From: a virus
Taxonomy: Duplodnaviria > Heunggongvirae > Uroviricota > Caudoviricetes
Virus record (IMG/VR): IMGVR_UViG_2802429221_000019
Coordinates: 1-27,845 of that record
Direction: 5' to 3' (one strand)
DNA: 27,845 nt
The position numbers and the translations under genes are program-made. Below, piece by piece: positions 18,505 to 26,433 of the stretch. The notes under the pieces are model-generated. The model was given only the letters and a program-made list of their open reading frames with translations, had not been told where the DNA came from and made no database searches. Numbering within the stretch: the first letter of the stretch is position 1; every line of letters starts with the position of its first letter.

Positions 18505-18549
18505 TCTTTCTCTCCGTTACAGGCGGGCATGATGCCCGCCGTGAGTTGA

Positions 18550-19602
18550 TTAGCTGTCGGCGAACTTCAGGCCAGTGACCATCGCGCACTTGCCATAGTC
18601 TTCAACGACATAAGCGTCATTGATGGACTGGTAGGTGGCGATGCGGTTGTATTCCGGCTCGTCTTTCATCAGGCGACGCATTGTTCCTTTCTGCCAGTAA
18701 ATTGACAGGTTGTTGAACGAGGTGATAAGCATCGTTGAATCCGGGAAGAACGGCGCAAGGAATACATCCAGCCCGCCAATGGCGCGCGATGACAGGATGA
18801 GCTGTCCGGCAAGTAATTCCGCATTGGGATTCTGGCCGCTGATGCTGTTCAGCACGGGCAGACGCAGCGAGTTAAACAGGTTGCGCCCCATAATCACCAC
18901 GAGGTCGTCAGCTTCCTTGTGCCATTCATCCAGCAGGGATGAGCGCGCGTCCTGTACCAGAGCATCAGCGTTCGCATACTTACCCGCGTGCGCCACGGTG
19001 TTGTCCATGTTGCGGGAGGTCAGCGTCACGTCATTCATTACGCGCTCGCTGGCGTCGGTTCTGATGTGCTCCAGCCATCCCACGTTAACGTCCTGAAGCA
19101 GCTTGTTAGTGCTGAAGTTGGACTCATCTGCGTGAGACGTGCCGTTGAAACCGATCATGATGCGGTCAAGCGCCACCTGCCGGGCAATCTGTGTGCTGAC
19201 GCGGGACTGAAAATCAGGGTGTGCCGCCCAGGCATCAAGCTGCGGATACGAAATAAACGTGTCGTAGTTCACCTGTTCGCACTGATATTTGCGGTTTTTC
19301 AGATCAACCACGTTATTCGGGTTACGGCGTTTTGTGCCGTCATAACTGGTATTCGTGCGCGCAATCGGCCCGGTGGTGTCCAGGAGGATTTTTTCGCCTT
19401 TCTGGTCGGTCACACCGAACACGTTAATTTTTTTTGTAAATTCGGTGCTTTCCTTTACTGCGTTTTCAAAACGCTGCTGCACCGAGGGTTCCACGGTAAA
19501 TCGCGATACCAGTGCAGATACCGGGATGTTGTTAAGCGACGCCTGCTGCGCCATATAGCAACCCAGCTTGTTGCGGGTAATATCTGACATCACCAGATTC
19601 AT
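18550..19602 (-). CDS. N: major capsid protein
   Basis: 350 aa; conserved segments FTVEPSV, GFNG, VGWL, LSIYWQ, YVVEDY as in P2 gpN. Confidence 0.9.
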   Translation of the reverse strand: MNLVMSDITRNKLGCYMAQQASLNNIPVSALVSRFTVEPSVQQRFENAVKESTEFTKKINVFGVTDQKGEKILLDTTGPIARTNTSYDGTKRRNPNNVVDLKNRKYQCEQVNYDTFISYPQLDAWAAHPDFQSRVSTQIARQVALDRIMIGFNGTSHADESNFSTNKLLQDVNVGWLEHIRTDASERVMNDVTLTSRNMDNTVAHAGKYANADALVQDARSSLLDEWHKEADDLVVIMGRNLFNSLRLPVLNSISGQNPNAELLAGQLILSSRAIGGLDVFLAPFFPDSTMLITSFNNLSIYWQKGTMRRLMKDEPEYNRIATYQSINDAYVVEDYGKCAMVTGLKFADS

Positions 19603-19625
19603 AAAAAATTTGCTCCTTTGTCTTA

Positions 19626-20462
19626 TCAGAAGTCAGCCAGTTGATCGGAGGCTGCGCCCGTTGCGGTGAACCGGTTCTGCGGATCGCCGTCCTGCGTGCG
19701 CAGTTTTTCCTTCAGTGCTGTCAGCTCTGTGGTCAGTGAAGTGATTTTCTGGCTGTCCTGCTGATGGCGGGTTTCCAGCGCATTAAAACGGTCGATAATG
19801 TCGGCCTGTGACGTTGCGACGCCTTCCACCGCTTCCTGAATGCGGGAAAAACTGGCGTCATCCGCTTTGCGGCCACGGCCAATAATCCCCATTACGCGGT
19901 TAAACCACTGGGTGCCTTCTTCCTGGCGTTGTTCTGCCATTTCGATGATTTCAGACTCGATGGCTTCGGAGATAAGCGGTGCTTCACCCTGGACACTGTT
20001 GAACGTCATCACCGCCTGACGTTGCTGTGCCGTGAATTTCAGGCGCTCAGTGCCCAGACTTGCCGGGGTGTCGGTCATCGCCAGCCCGACCAGATAGGCG
20101 CGCCCGTTAACGGAGAACTGCGGGTGCAGTTCGATACTGGAATAGATTTTCTTGCCGTCAGCGACAAGCTGCTTCATGCGCTCGGTCGGTTCGATTTCTG
20201 CATACAGCGCAGTACGTCCGGCCAGCGGACCTTCCGTAATGTCTTCCGTACTCAGTGCGGTGACATCGCCCATTGCGGAAAATTCGCTTGACGGGCATGG
20301 CGAGAGATAGTGCTCAACGTTCACGCGGGCAGCGTAAACATCCGGGTCGAAGTTCTCAGCAGCTTCACGCAGATGCACCGGACTGATTTCGCGGCCATCA
20401 ACAGTTGATCCGGAGACAGCCACGCGAAACTTTTTGCGTGATGTCTTTTTTTCATTAGCCAT
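19626..20462 (-). CDS. O: capsid scaffolding protein
   Basis: start chosen at ATG 20462 (MANEKKTSRKKFRVAVSG) with SD AGAGGGG; ORF-track frame extends to 20495. Confidence 0.82.
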   Translation of the reverse strand: MANEKKTSRKKFRVAVSGSTVDGREISPVHLREAAENFDPDVYAARVNVEHYLSPCPSSEFSAMGDVTALSTEDITEGPLAGRTALYAEIEPTERMKQLVADGKKIYSSIELHPQFSVNGRAYLVGLAMTDTPASLGTERLKFTAQQRQAVMTFNSVQGEAPLISEAIESEIIEMAEQRQEEGTQWFNRVMGIIGRGRKADDASFSRIQEAVEGVATSQADIIDRFNALETRHQQDSQKITSLTTELTALKEKLRTQDGDPQNRFTATGAASDQLADF

Positions 20463-20616
20463 AGTTTTTGCCCCTCTGACTGGTTCTTCAGTCATGATGG
20501 CAAAGCGTAACAGGCTGATACAAAGGGCTTTTGTTGTAAGAAAATGGCCAGAACAGGGGGTTAAGGAGAACGGTTTCGCGCGCGGGTAATCTTCCTGTAA
20601 TTACTCAGGGGGAGCA

Positions 20617-22368
20617 ATGATTCAGGACGCTTTTGTGCGCCAGCGTGCGCGACAACTTTACTGGCAGGGTTATCCGCCCGCTGAAATATCACGTCTGATG
20701 GGAATAAACCCGAACACGATTTATGCGTGGAAAAAACGCGACCAGTGGGATGAAACGCCACCCGTGCAGCGTGTCACGCAGTCCATCGATGCGCGCCTCA
20801 TCCAGCTTACTGAAAAACAGAATAAAACAGGCGGTGACTTTAAGGAAATAGACCTGCTGACCCGGCAGCTTAAAAAACTGCATGATGGCCAGCCGGATGC
20901 GACGGCCACAGGAAAGAAAGGCCGGGCGAAAAAGCTTAAAAATCATTTCACGCCGGAACAGATTGCCGCACTGCGGGAAAAAATCATCAGCAGGCTGGAG
21001 TGGCATCAGCGGGGCTGGTTTGACTCCCTGACCCTTTGCAGGGAAGCCGGGATACGTAACAGGATGATCCTGAAATCCCGACAGATTGGGGCGACCTGGT
21101 ATTTTGCACAGGAAGCACTGCTGATGGCGCTGCGTGACGATGTGGCGCAACCTTACCAGCGTAACCAGATTTTTTTGTCTGCGTCGCGTCGTCAGGCGTT
21201 CCAGTTTAAAAGCATTATTCAGAAGGCTGCATCTGAAGTTGATGTGGAGCTGAAAGGGGGCGATAAAATCATCCTCTCCAACGGCGCAGAACTGCATTTT
21301 CTCGGTACTTCTGCTGCGACGGCACAGTCCTACACAGGCAATTTTTATTTTGATGAATTTTTCTGGGTCAGTCGCTTTGCTGAACTGCGCAAGGTGGCTG
21401 GCGCTATGGCAACCCTCAGCGGGCTGCGACGCACCTACTTCTCCACGCCATCAACCGAAACGCACGAGGCATACGTCTACTGGAACGGCGACCGCTGGAA
21501 CGAGAAAAAGGCCGCGCATAAACGCCAGCGTTTTTCTGTGGACTGGAAAACGCTGCATAACGGGCTTATCTGCCCCGACCGGACGTGGCGGCAAATTGTC
21601 ACGCTGGAAGATGTGGTTAATCACGGCTGGAAACACACCGATATTGATGAAATTCGTGATGAAAACACCGAAGACGAGTTCCGCAATCTCTATATGTGTG
21701 AGTTTGTCCGCGAAGGGGAATCGGCATTTAACCTGAATATCCTGATTGGCTGCGGCGTTGACGGATACGACGACTGGAAAGACTGGAAACCTTTTGCTCC
21801 CCGCCCGATGGGGAATCGTCCGGTATGGATTGGGTATGACGCAAACGGCAGCAGTGGAAACGGCGACAGTGGCGCGGTGTCCGTGGTGGTTCCTCCGGCT
21901 GTTCCTGGTGGCCGTTTTCGAACGGTGGAGACGCGACGCGTTCAGGGGCTGGAGTTTGAAGAACAGGCCAGAGTCATTGAAGAGTTCACGTGTCGCTACA
22001 ACGTGGAACACATCGGCATTGATGTGACGGGCGGGAACGGGGAGGCTGTTTATCAGATAGTGAAACGGTTTTTCCCTGCCGCTATTCCGTACACCTTCAC
22101 GCTGTCATCAAAACGGTCGCTGGTACTGAAAATGCTGCAAATAATGCGTGCCGGGCGGTGGGAATACGATCGCGCCGAACGCGAGCTGGTCGCGGCCTTT
22201 AACGCCGTGCGTAAGGTGAAAACACCGGGCGGCTTTATCACTTACGAAACGGACCGCGCGAGGGGGATCAGCCACGGCGACCTTGCGTGGGCAACCATGC
22301 TTGCTGTCATTAACGAACCAATTGGCGGCGAAGGAGAAAACGAGCGTTTCACGGTTATGGAGTTCTGA
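20617..22368 (+). CDS. P: terminase large (ATPase) subunit
   Basis: 583 aa; SD GGGGGAG upstream; divergent from O as in P2. Confidence 0.9.
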   Translation: MIQDAFVRQRARQLYWQGYPPAEISRLMGINPNTIYAWKKRDQWDETPPVQRVTQSIDARLIQLTEKQNKTGGDFKEIDLLTRQLKKLHDGQPDATATGKKGRAKKLKNHFTPEQIAALREKIISRLEWHQRGWFDSLTLCREAGIRNRMILKSRQIGATWYFAQEALLMALRDDVAQPYQRNQIFLSASRRQAFQFKSIIQKAASEVDVELKGGDKIILSNGAELHFLGTSAATAQSYTGNFYFDEFFWVSRFAELRKVAGAMATLSGLRRTYFSTPSTETHEAYVYWNGDRWNEKKAAHKRQRFSVDWKTLHNGLICPDRTWRQIVTLEDVVNHGWKHTDIDEIRDENTEDEFRNLYMCEFVREGESAFNLNILIGCGVDGYDDWKDWKPFAPRPMGNRPVWIGYDANGSSGNGDSGAVSVVVPPAVPGGRFRTVETRRVQGLEFEEQARVIEEFTCRYNVEHIGIDVTGGNGEAVYQIVKRFFPAAIPYTFTLSSKRSLVLKMLQIMRAGRWEYDRAERELVAAFNAVRKVKTPGGFITYETDRARGISHGDLAWATMLAVINEPIGGEGENERFTVMEF

Positions 22369-23414
22369 TGAGCAGAAAAAATAAAAAAGTGCGCATGAGT
22401 TCACGCATTGATCTCGCTGATGCGCTCAGGAAAGAATCGTCGCTCAGTGCATTCACATTTGATGGTCCTTACCGCCTGACCGGGCATGACCTGCTGGACA
22501 ATATGTACTGTGCTGATAACGGGCGATGGTATGAAACCCCGGTGGACTGGTACGGTCTGGCAAGAGCTGCCCGGCAAACGTCCTGGCATCAGTCTGCGCT
22601 TTACTTTAAGCGTAATGTATTGCTCGGCTGCTATATTCCGCATCCGCTGCTTTCCCGGCAGGATTTCTCGGCGCTGGCGCTGGACTGGTTTGTGTTCGGT
22701 AACGCATTCCTTGAGCTTCGAAGCAATATGCTCGGCGAACCGCTTAAATTACGGCACGCCCTGGCGAAATACATGCGACGCGGAAGCGATCTTGAATCAT
22801 GGTGGTATGTGCAGGATGGCAAGGACGCGTTTCAGTTTCGCCCTGGCAAAGTGTGCCACCTGATGAACCCGGATATTAACCAGGAAATCTACGGCATGCC
22901 GGAATATCTTGGCGCATTACTCTCGGCCAGCCTGTCTCATTCGGCGGACATGTTCAGAAAACTGTACTACGACAATGGATCCCACGCCGGGTGCATCATC
23001 TACATCGGTGCAGCGCAGGTAAACCGCGAAAGCATGGACTCCCTGAAGGAAACGCTACAGGGTGCGCGTGGTGGTGGTGCATTTAAAAACGTGCTCATTC
23101 ACGCGCCAAACGGGGGCAAAGAAGGTGTGCAAATTTTGCCGTTCCAGCAGATCACCGCAAAGGATGAGTTCATGAATGTTAAGGCGGCATCCCGTGATGA
23201 TGTGCTGGCTGCGCACCGCGTTCCGCCGCAACTGATGGGGGCGATGCCGGGCGAAAAAAGTGCGTTTGGTGATGTGGAGAAGGCAGCGCGGGTTTACGCA
23301 ATTAACGAGCTGATGCCCGTCATGGAGGCCATGAAGCACATCAATGACTGGCTTGGCGAAGAGGTGATCCGTTTTAATTCTTATGCTCTTCTTGATGAAA
23401 AAACAGCCCCGTGA
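22368..23414 (+). CDS. Q: portal protein
   Basis: 348 aa; ATG overlaps P stop (TGATG); P2 gpQ-like size and position. Confidence 0.9.
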   Translation: MSRKNKKVRMSSRIDLADALRKESSLSAFTFDGPYRLTGHDLLDNMYCADNGRWYETPVDWYGLARAARQTSWHQSALYFKRNVLLGCYIPHPLLSRQDFSALALDWFVFGNAFLELRSNMLGEPLKLRHALAKYMRRGSDLESWWYVQDGKDAFQFRPGKVCHLMNPDINQEIYGMPEYLGALLSASLSHSADMFRKLYYDNGSHAGCIIYIGAAQVNRESMDSLKETLQGARGGGAFKNVLIHAPNGGKEGVQILPFQQITAKDEFMNVKAASRDDVLAAHRVPPQLMGAMPGEKSAFGDVEKAARVYAINELMPVMEAMKHINDWLGEEVIRFNSYALLDEKTAP

Positions 23415-23430
23415 TGGGGCTGTCCTTTTT
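23403..23430. terminator. bidirectional intrinsic terminator between Q and the convergent 174-aa gene
   Basis: stem ACAGCCCC / GGGGCTGT with 5-nt loop, overlapping the Q stop, followed by CCTTTTT; the complementary strand has a T-run on the other side. Confidence 0.65.
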
Positions 23431-23953
23431 ACCAGAGTTGAACCATTTTCTGTGTGCCGTCAGGCTTGAGATTATCAATTTCAGAGAGAACGTAATATTG
23501 AATGGCTTCACAGACGGTGGTGTATGGTGAATTACCTTCTTTAAGTGGCACGATATTATTATTAACGCGAACCTGTATTTCATCGTTATACATTGCGATC
23601 GAAAGAGGAGTATGCACGAAGGCGACTTCGCCAGGTGTGTCGTCAACCACTGTCTCAATGCTGAAAATCAGTTTTCGCTCATCATTGCCGCCCCTTGCTT
23701 TGGGGGTAGCGGCAGGAATCTGAGATAAAGGCATTCTGCGAAACCCTTCAGCCGTTTCCAGTCCGCATGAAACGTAATGCTGGCGATTACCGTCGCTATC
23801 AGTCCATGTCTGTGATGGCAGCTCCAGAGAGATTTCATAAGCATCAACAATTCCCTGGGCAATGCGTACAAGCGGGGTCAGGTCTTCATTGCGGCGAAAA
23901 CTCTCCTTTACCTGATCTCGTTTTTCTCGTAACTGCTTGTAATTAATGACCAT
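23429..23953 (-). CDS. hypothetical protein, 174 aa, no recognised domain
   Basis: ORF-track frame 23429..23992; start chosen at ATG 23953 (MVINYKQLREKR...) with SD GGAGG 7 nt upstream; ends at the bidirectional terminator; GC content looks lower than the phage core. Confidence 0.5.
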   Translation of the reverse strand: MVINYKQLREKRDQVKESFRRNEDLTPLVRIAQGIVDAYEISLELPSQTWTDSDGNRQHYVSCGLETAEGFRRMPLSQIPAATPKARGGNDERKLIFSIETVVDDTPGEVAFVHTPLSIAMYNDEIQVRVNNNIVPLKEGNSPYTTVCEAIQYYVLSEIDNLKPDGTQKMVQLW

Positions 23954-24358
23954 AAGACAGCCTCCATTGATTTCTTTGCTCGTATTTTGCACTTATGAAG
24001 TGTGGTCGGCAAGGTGCCGCATCACTGACGCGCTTCGCTTGTCTGCTGCTTCGCCGGGGCATAAAAAATTTATGCCCCGACTCTCCAGCTCCCGTATCAA
24101 TCAGATAATTTCACGACGTCTTCCAACTTATCGCCATCATCGACGGCCAGACTCTTACGCAATCCCATCGAGCTGATAGCATGTTCTCGCCGCCTCAGTG
24201 CGATTTTGACGGCCTTACCTTTCACCCCATCAAATCAGAACCCCTTACGTATTTTTCACGCTCAGCGTGAGCGATACAGCCATTCTGTTGTGTCGCTGCG
24301 ACATCGTTCAGGGAATGCTATTTACCCCCTGAAACGCGGGCTGTTCCCCCGTCACCTG

Positions 24359-24382
24359 CGCGCAGAAAAAGCGCGTTTTTTT
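24359..24382 (+). terminator. terminator-like hairpin with U-tract (plus-strand sense) in noncoding region
   Basis: CGCGC - AGAAAAA - GCGCG followed by T7. Confidence 0.35.
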
Positions 24383-24450
24383 GTGCACGCACGGATCCTT
24401 GACGGATCCAGCCGCCATGCGGGCCGGAAGGGCAAAAAGTCGTTCAAAAA

Positions 24451-24480
24451 AATTGTGCAAATTTGTGCACTATTGTGCAA
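24451..24480. repeat. three tandem 10-bp repeats (ATTGTGCAAA / TTTGTGCACT / ATTGTGCAAA)
   Basis: TTGTGCA core at 24453, 24463 and 24473, exactly one helical turn apart, at the boundary of the AT-rich island. Confidence 0.6.
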
Positions 24481-24718
24481 ACCGAACGGAGTGCTTATTT
24501 ATAGAAAAATTGAGCCTATGTATACGACGTTGCTTATAAATACATCCCTGACTGTTATGTGAAAATATGCAAAGAAAATTACATGCTATGGAGATGAGAG
24601 TTATAACGACCTTTTCTACTTATTTGTAAAAGAGGTCGTTATGTAAAAGTTAAATTATTTTTTACTCTTGATATGTGTAAAAAATATAGCTTTGATGTTT
24701 ATATCCTATTAGAATACA

Positions 24719-26416
24719 TTATTTATCCTCTTTAATGATTTTGTTATAGTCAAAATCCCAAATTTTTCTGTCAATGCCGTTTGTTGGTGTAACCCGGTAG
24801 AATAAGGATCGTAATCCATTGTAAAAATACTGGAGAGATTTCTGATTTTCTGGTTTGTCTAACCAGTTTCTTGTAATCATTCTAAAGAATTCAATATGCT
24901 GATTGAATATTTTCTTATTTAATTTTCTTCTTAAACCGGATGTAGACTCATGGTTGTCTTTTCTTTTCTGAATTTCAGTTTCAATTGATTGTAATTGAGG
25001 ACGTATCTTGAGTAAGTATAACTCTTTCGAAAAACCATTGTTAATTATATCCTGATTTTCCCAGAAGGAAGAGTCGTCGGTATTATAAAGGTGCTCACAA
25101 TGCTCAAATATCAATTGTTCTGGAGCTTTTTCACCCGGCAGTGATATAATTCCTCTCTGATCCTCAGGGCTGTGATCTCCATCAAGAATACAAATTGATT
25201 TTAACGAGGTTTCCTTAAGATGAGAATCATTAAAAATAGTTTTTAAATTGTCTGCACCAATGAAACAATCAATTAAGTGAAATGAATTACTAACTATAGC
25301 AAAATTTGGATATTTGCTTATCCAATAACCAAGTATTTCATTAAATAAAAAGCGAGCTTCTTCATCTTCCGTGAAAACTGGTATCTTGTTCCTTGTGTAT
25401 ATCTCATCCTTTGTTTGTGTTTTCAGATACATTGTTATTTTTAATATATCAGGATTATCCAAAAGCAGAGCCTTTGTAATATTGTTAATTAGATAGGCAA
25501 CATGATATTTTTTATGAAAAGCATATTCTAGCAATGTCAGACTGTGCGTTGTGAAAAATACTTGAATCTTATAATCTTTTGCGTATTGATAAATTTTATC
25601 TAATAATCTTATCTGTAAAGAAGGATGTAAAGTGGCATCAAATTCATCTATTAACAGAATGCTTTCTTTTTGATCAGTGGATTGAATAAGTGATTCAAAA
25701 TAATACCTAAGGCTAACTAATGCCTTGATTATAACGAATATATTGTCTTCCCCGGATGATATGGTATTAGAATCAATTGCTGGGTTATCGGTATCAAATA
25801 ATGGGCCAGCTTTAAAATCTCCGATATTGTTTGATTCTATATTTATAATATTAATGCCCAAAAGTTCATTATATATTTTCGATATATAACCAACATACTC
25901 TTCTGGTAGGTTTAACGGAATTTTTGTAAGGGCGTCGTCTTTAGTTTCACCAATTGGGAATAGTCGCGATAATCCAAGATATAAAACTGGTTTAGCTGGA
26001 AGTGATTGTTTTTCTTTTCCGCGTGGGTATACTGGTTTGATAGCATACCGTTGCGCTTCGTCTGGATTTTTTGAGTTGTGCTTTCTGAAGTCTAGTGTGC
26101 TATGATCCAAATAGTTAATAGAAAATAACACACCTTTTGTTCCCTCTGCCGGATCGGTGTAATTTTTTGATTCCCTAACAATTGCTTCCATTTTGGGGTT
26201 GGCTATTTTGTTTATAGATTTTATAACTCTAACACAATTACTATTTGAATAATTTTGTGATCGAGATGGTGGCATTTGGAAACCATTGCTAATTAAATGA
26301 AGCAATGTTGTCTTACATGTCCCATTGGTTCCTGATATTATATTGATGTCTTCATTGAATGAGAAGTCAATATCTATCAGTTTCTTAAATTTTTTAAAAC
26401 TAATTTCTTTAATCAT
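24719..26416 (-). CDS. OLD-family-like ABC ATPase with C-terminal Toprim-like nuclease domain
   Basis: 565 aa; Walker A GTNGTCKTT (aa 29-37), signature-like ISSGE (aa ~219-223), Walker B ILLIDE (aa 253-258), H-loop FFTTHS (aa ~287-292); C-terminal PVFTEDEE (Glu ~350) and ILDGDHS (DxD 412-414) fit a Toprim fold; SD AAGGA 8 nt upstream; very AT-rich. Confidence 0.7.
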   Translation of the reverse strand: MIKEISFKKFKKLIDIDFSFNEDINIISGTNGTCKTTLLHLISNGFQMPPSRSQNYSNSNCVRVIKSINKIANPKMEAIVRESKNYTDPAEGTKGVLFSINYLDHSTLDFRKHNSKNPDEAQRYAIKPVYPRGKEKQSLPAKPVLYLGLSRLFPIGETKDDALTKIPLNLPEEYVGYISKIYNELLGINIINIESNNIGDFKAGPLFDTDNPAIDSNTISSGEDNIFVIIKALVSLRYYFESLIQSTDQKESILLIDEFDATLHPSLQIRLLDKIYQYAKDYKIQVFFTTHSLTLLEYAFHKKYHVAYLINNITKALLLDNPDILKITMYLKTQTKDEIYTRNKIPVFTEDEEARFLFNEILGYWISKYPNFAIVSNSFHLIDCFIGADNLKTIFNDSHLKETSLKSICILDGDHSPEDQRGIISLPGEKAPEQLIFEHCEHLYNTDDSSFWENQDIINNGFSKELYLLKIRPQLQSIETEIQKRKDNHESTSGLRRKLNKKIFNQHIEFFRMITRNWLDKPENQKSLQYFYNGLRSLFYRVTPTNGIDRKIWDFDYNKIIKEDK

Positions 26417-26433
26417 CTATATCATCCTTAAAT

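Noticed and set aside
20463-20616. Ogr-dependent late-promoter dyad (TGT-N12-ACA) in the divergent O/P and D/FI intergenic regions
   Set aside because: No exact TGT-N12-ACA match was found by eye (nearest spacings were 15 and 18), so no late promoter is annotated.
19929-22011. ORFs nested in or antisense to O and P (19929..20291, 20689..21297, 21451..22011, 21350..21736)
   Set aside because: They overlap strongly supported scaffold and terminase genes.
24451-24480. Possible CRISPR array
   Set aside because: Only three 10-bp units with no spacers; not CRISPR-like. No CRISPR array was seen anywhere in the window.
23946-24562. Plus-strand ORFs 23946..24176 and 24206..24562
   Set aside because: They cross palindromes and a terminator-like hairpin, lack an SD, and are Arg/Ser/Pro-rich translations of noncoding DNA.
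23415-24718. P2-type cos site (GGCGAGGCGGGGAAAGCAC-like cohesive end, from memory)
   Set aside because: Not found on either strand by eye; cos may be divergent in this phage or my recalled sequence may be inexact. Left as unresolved.
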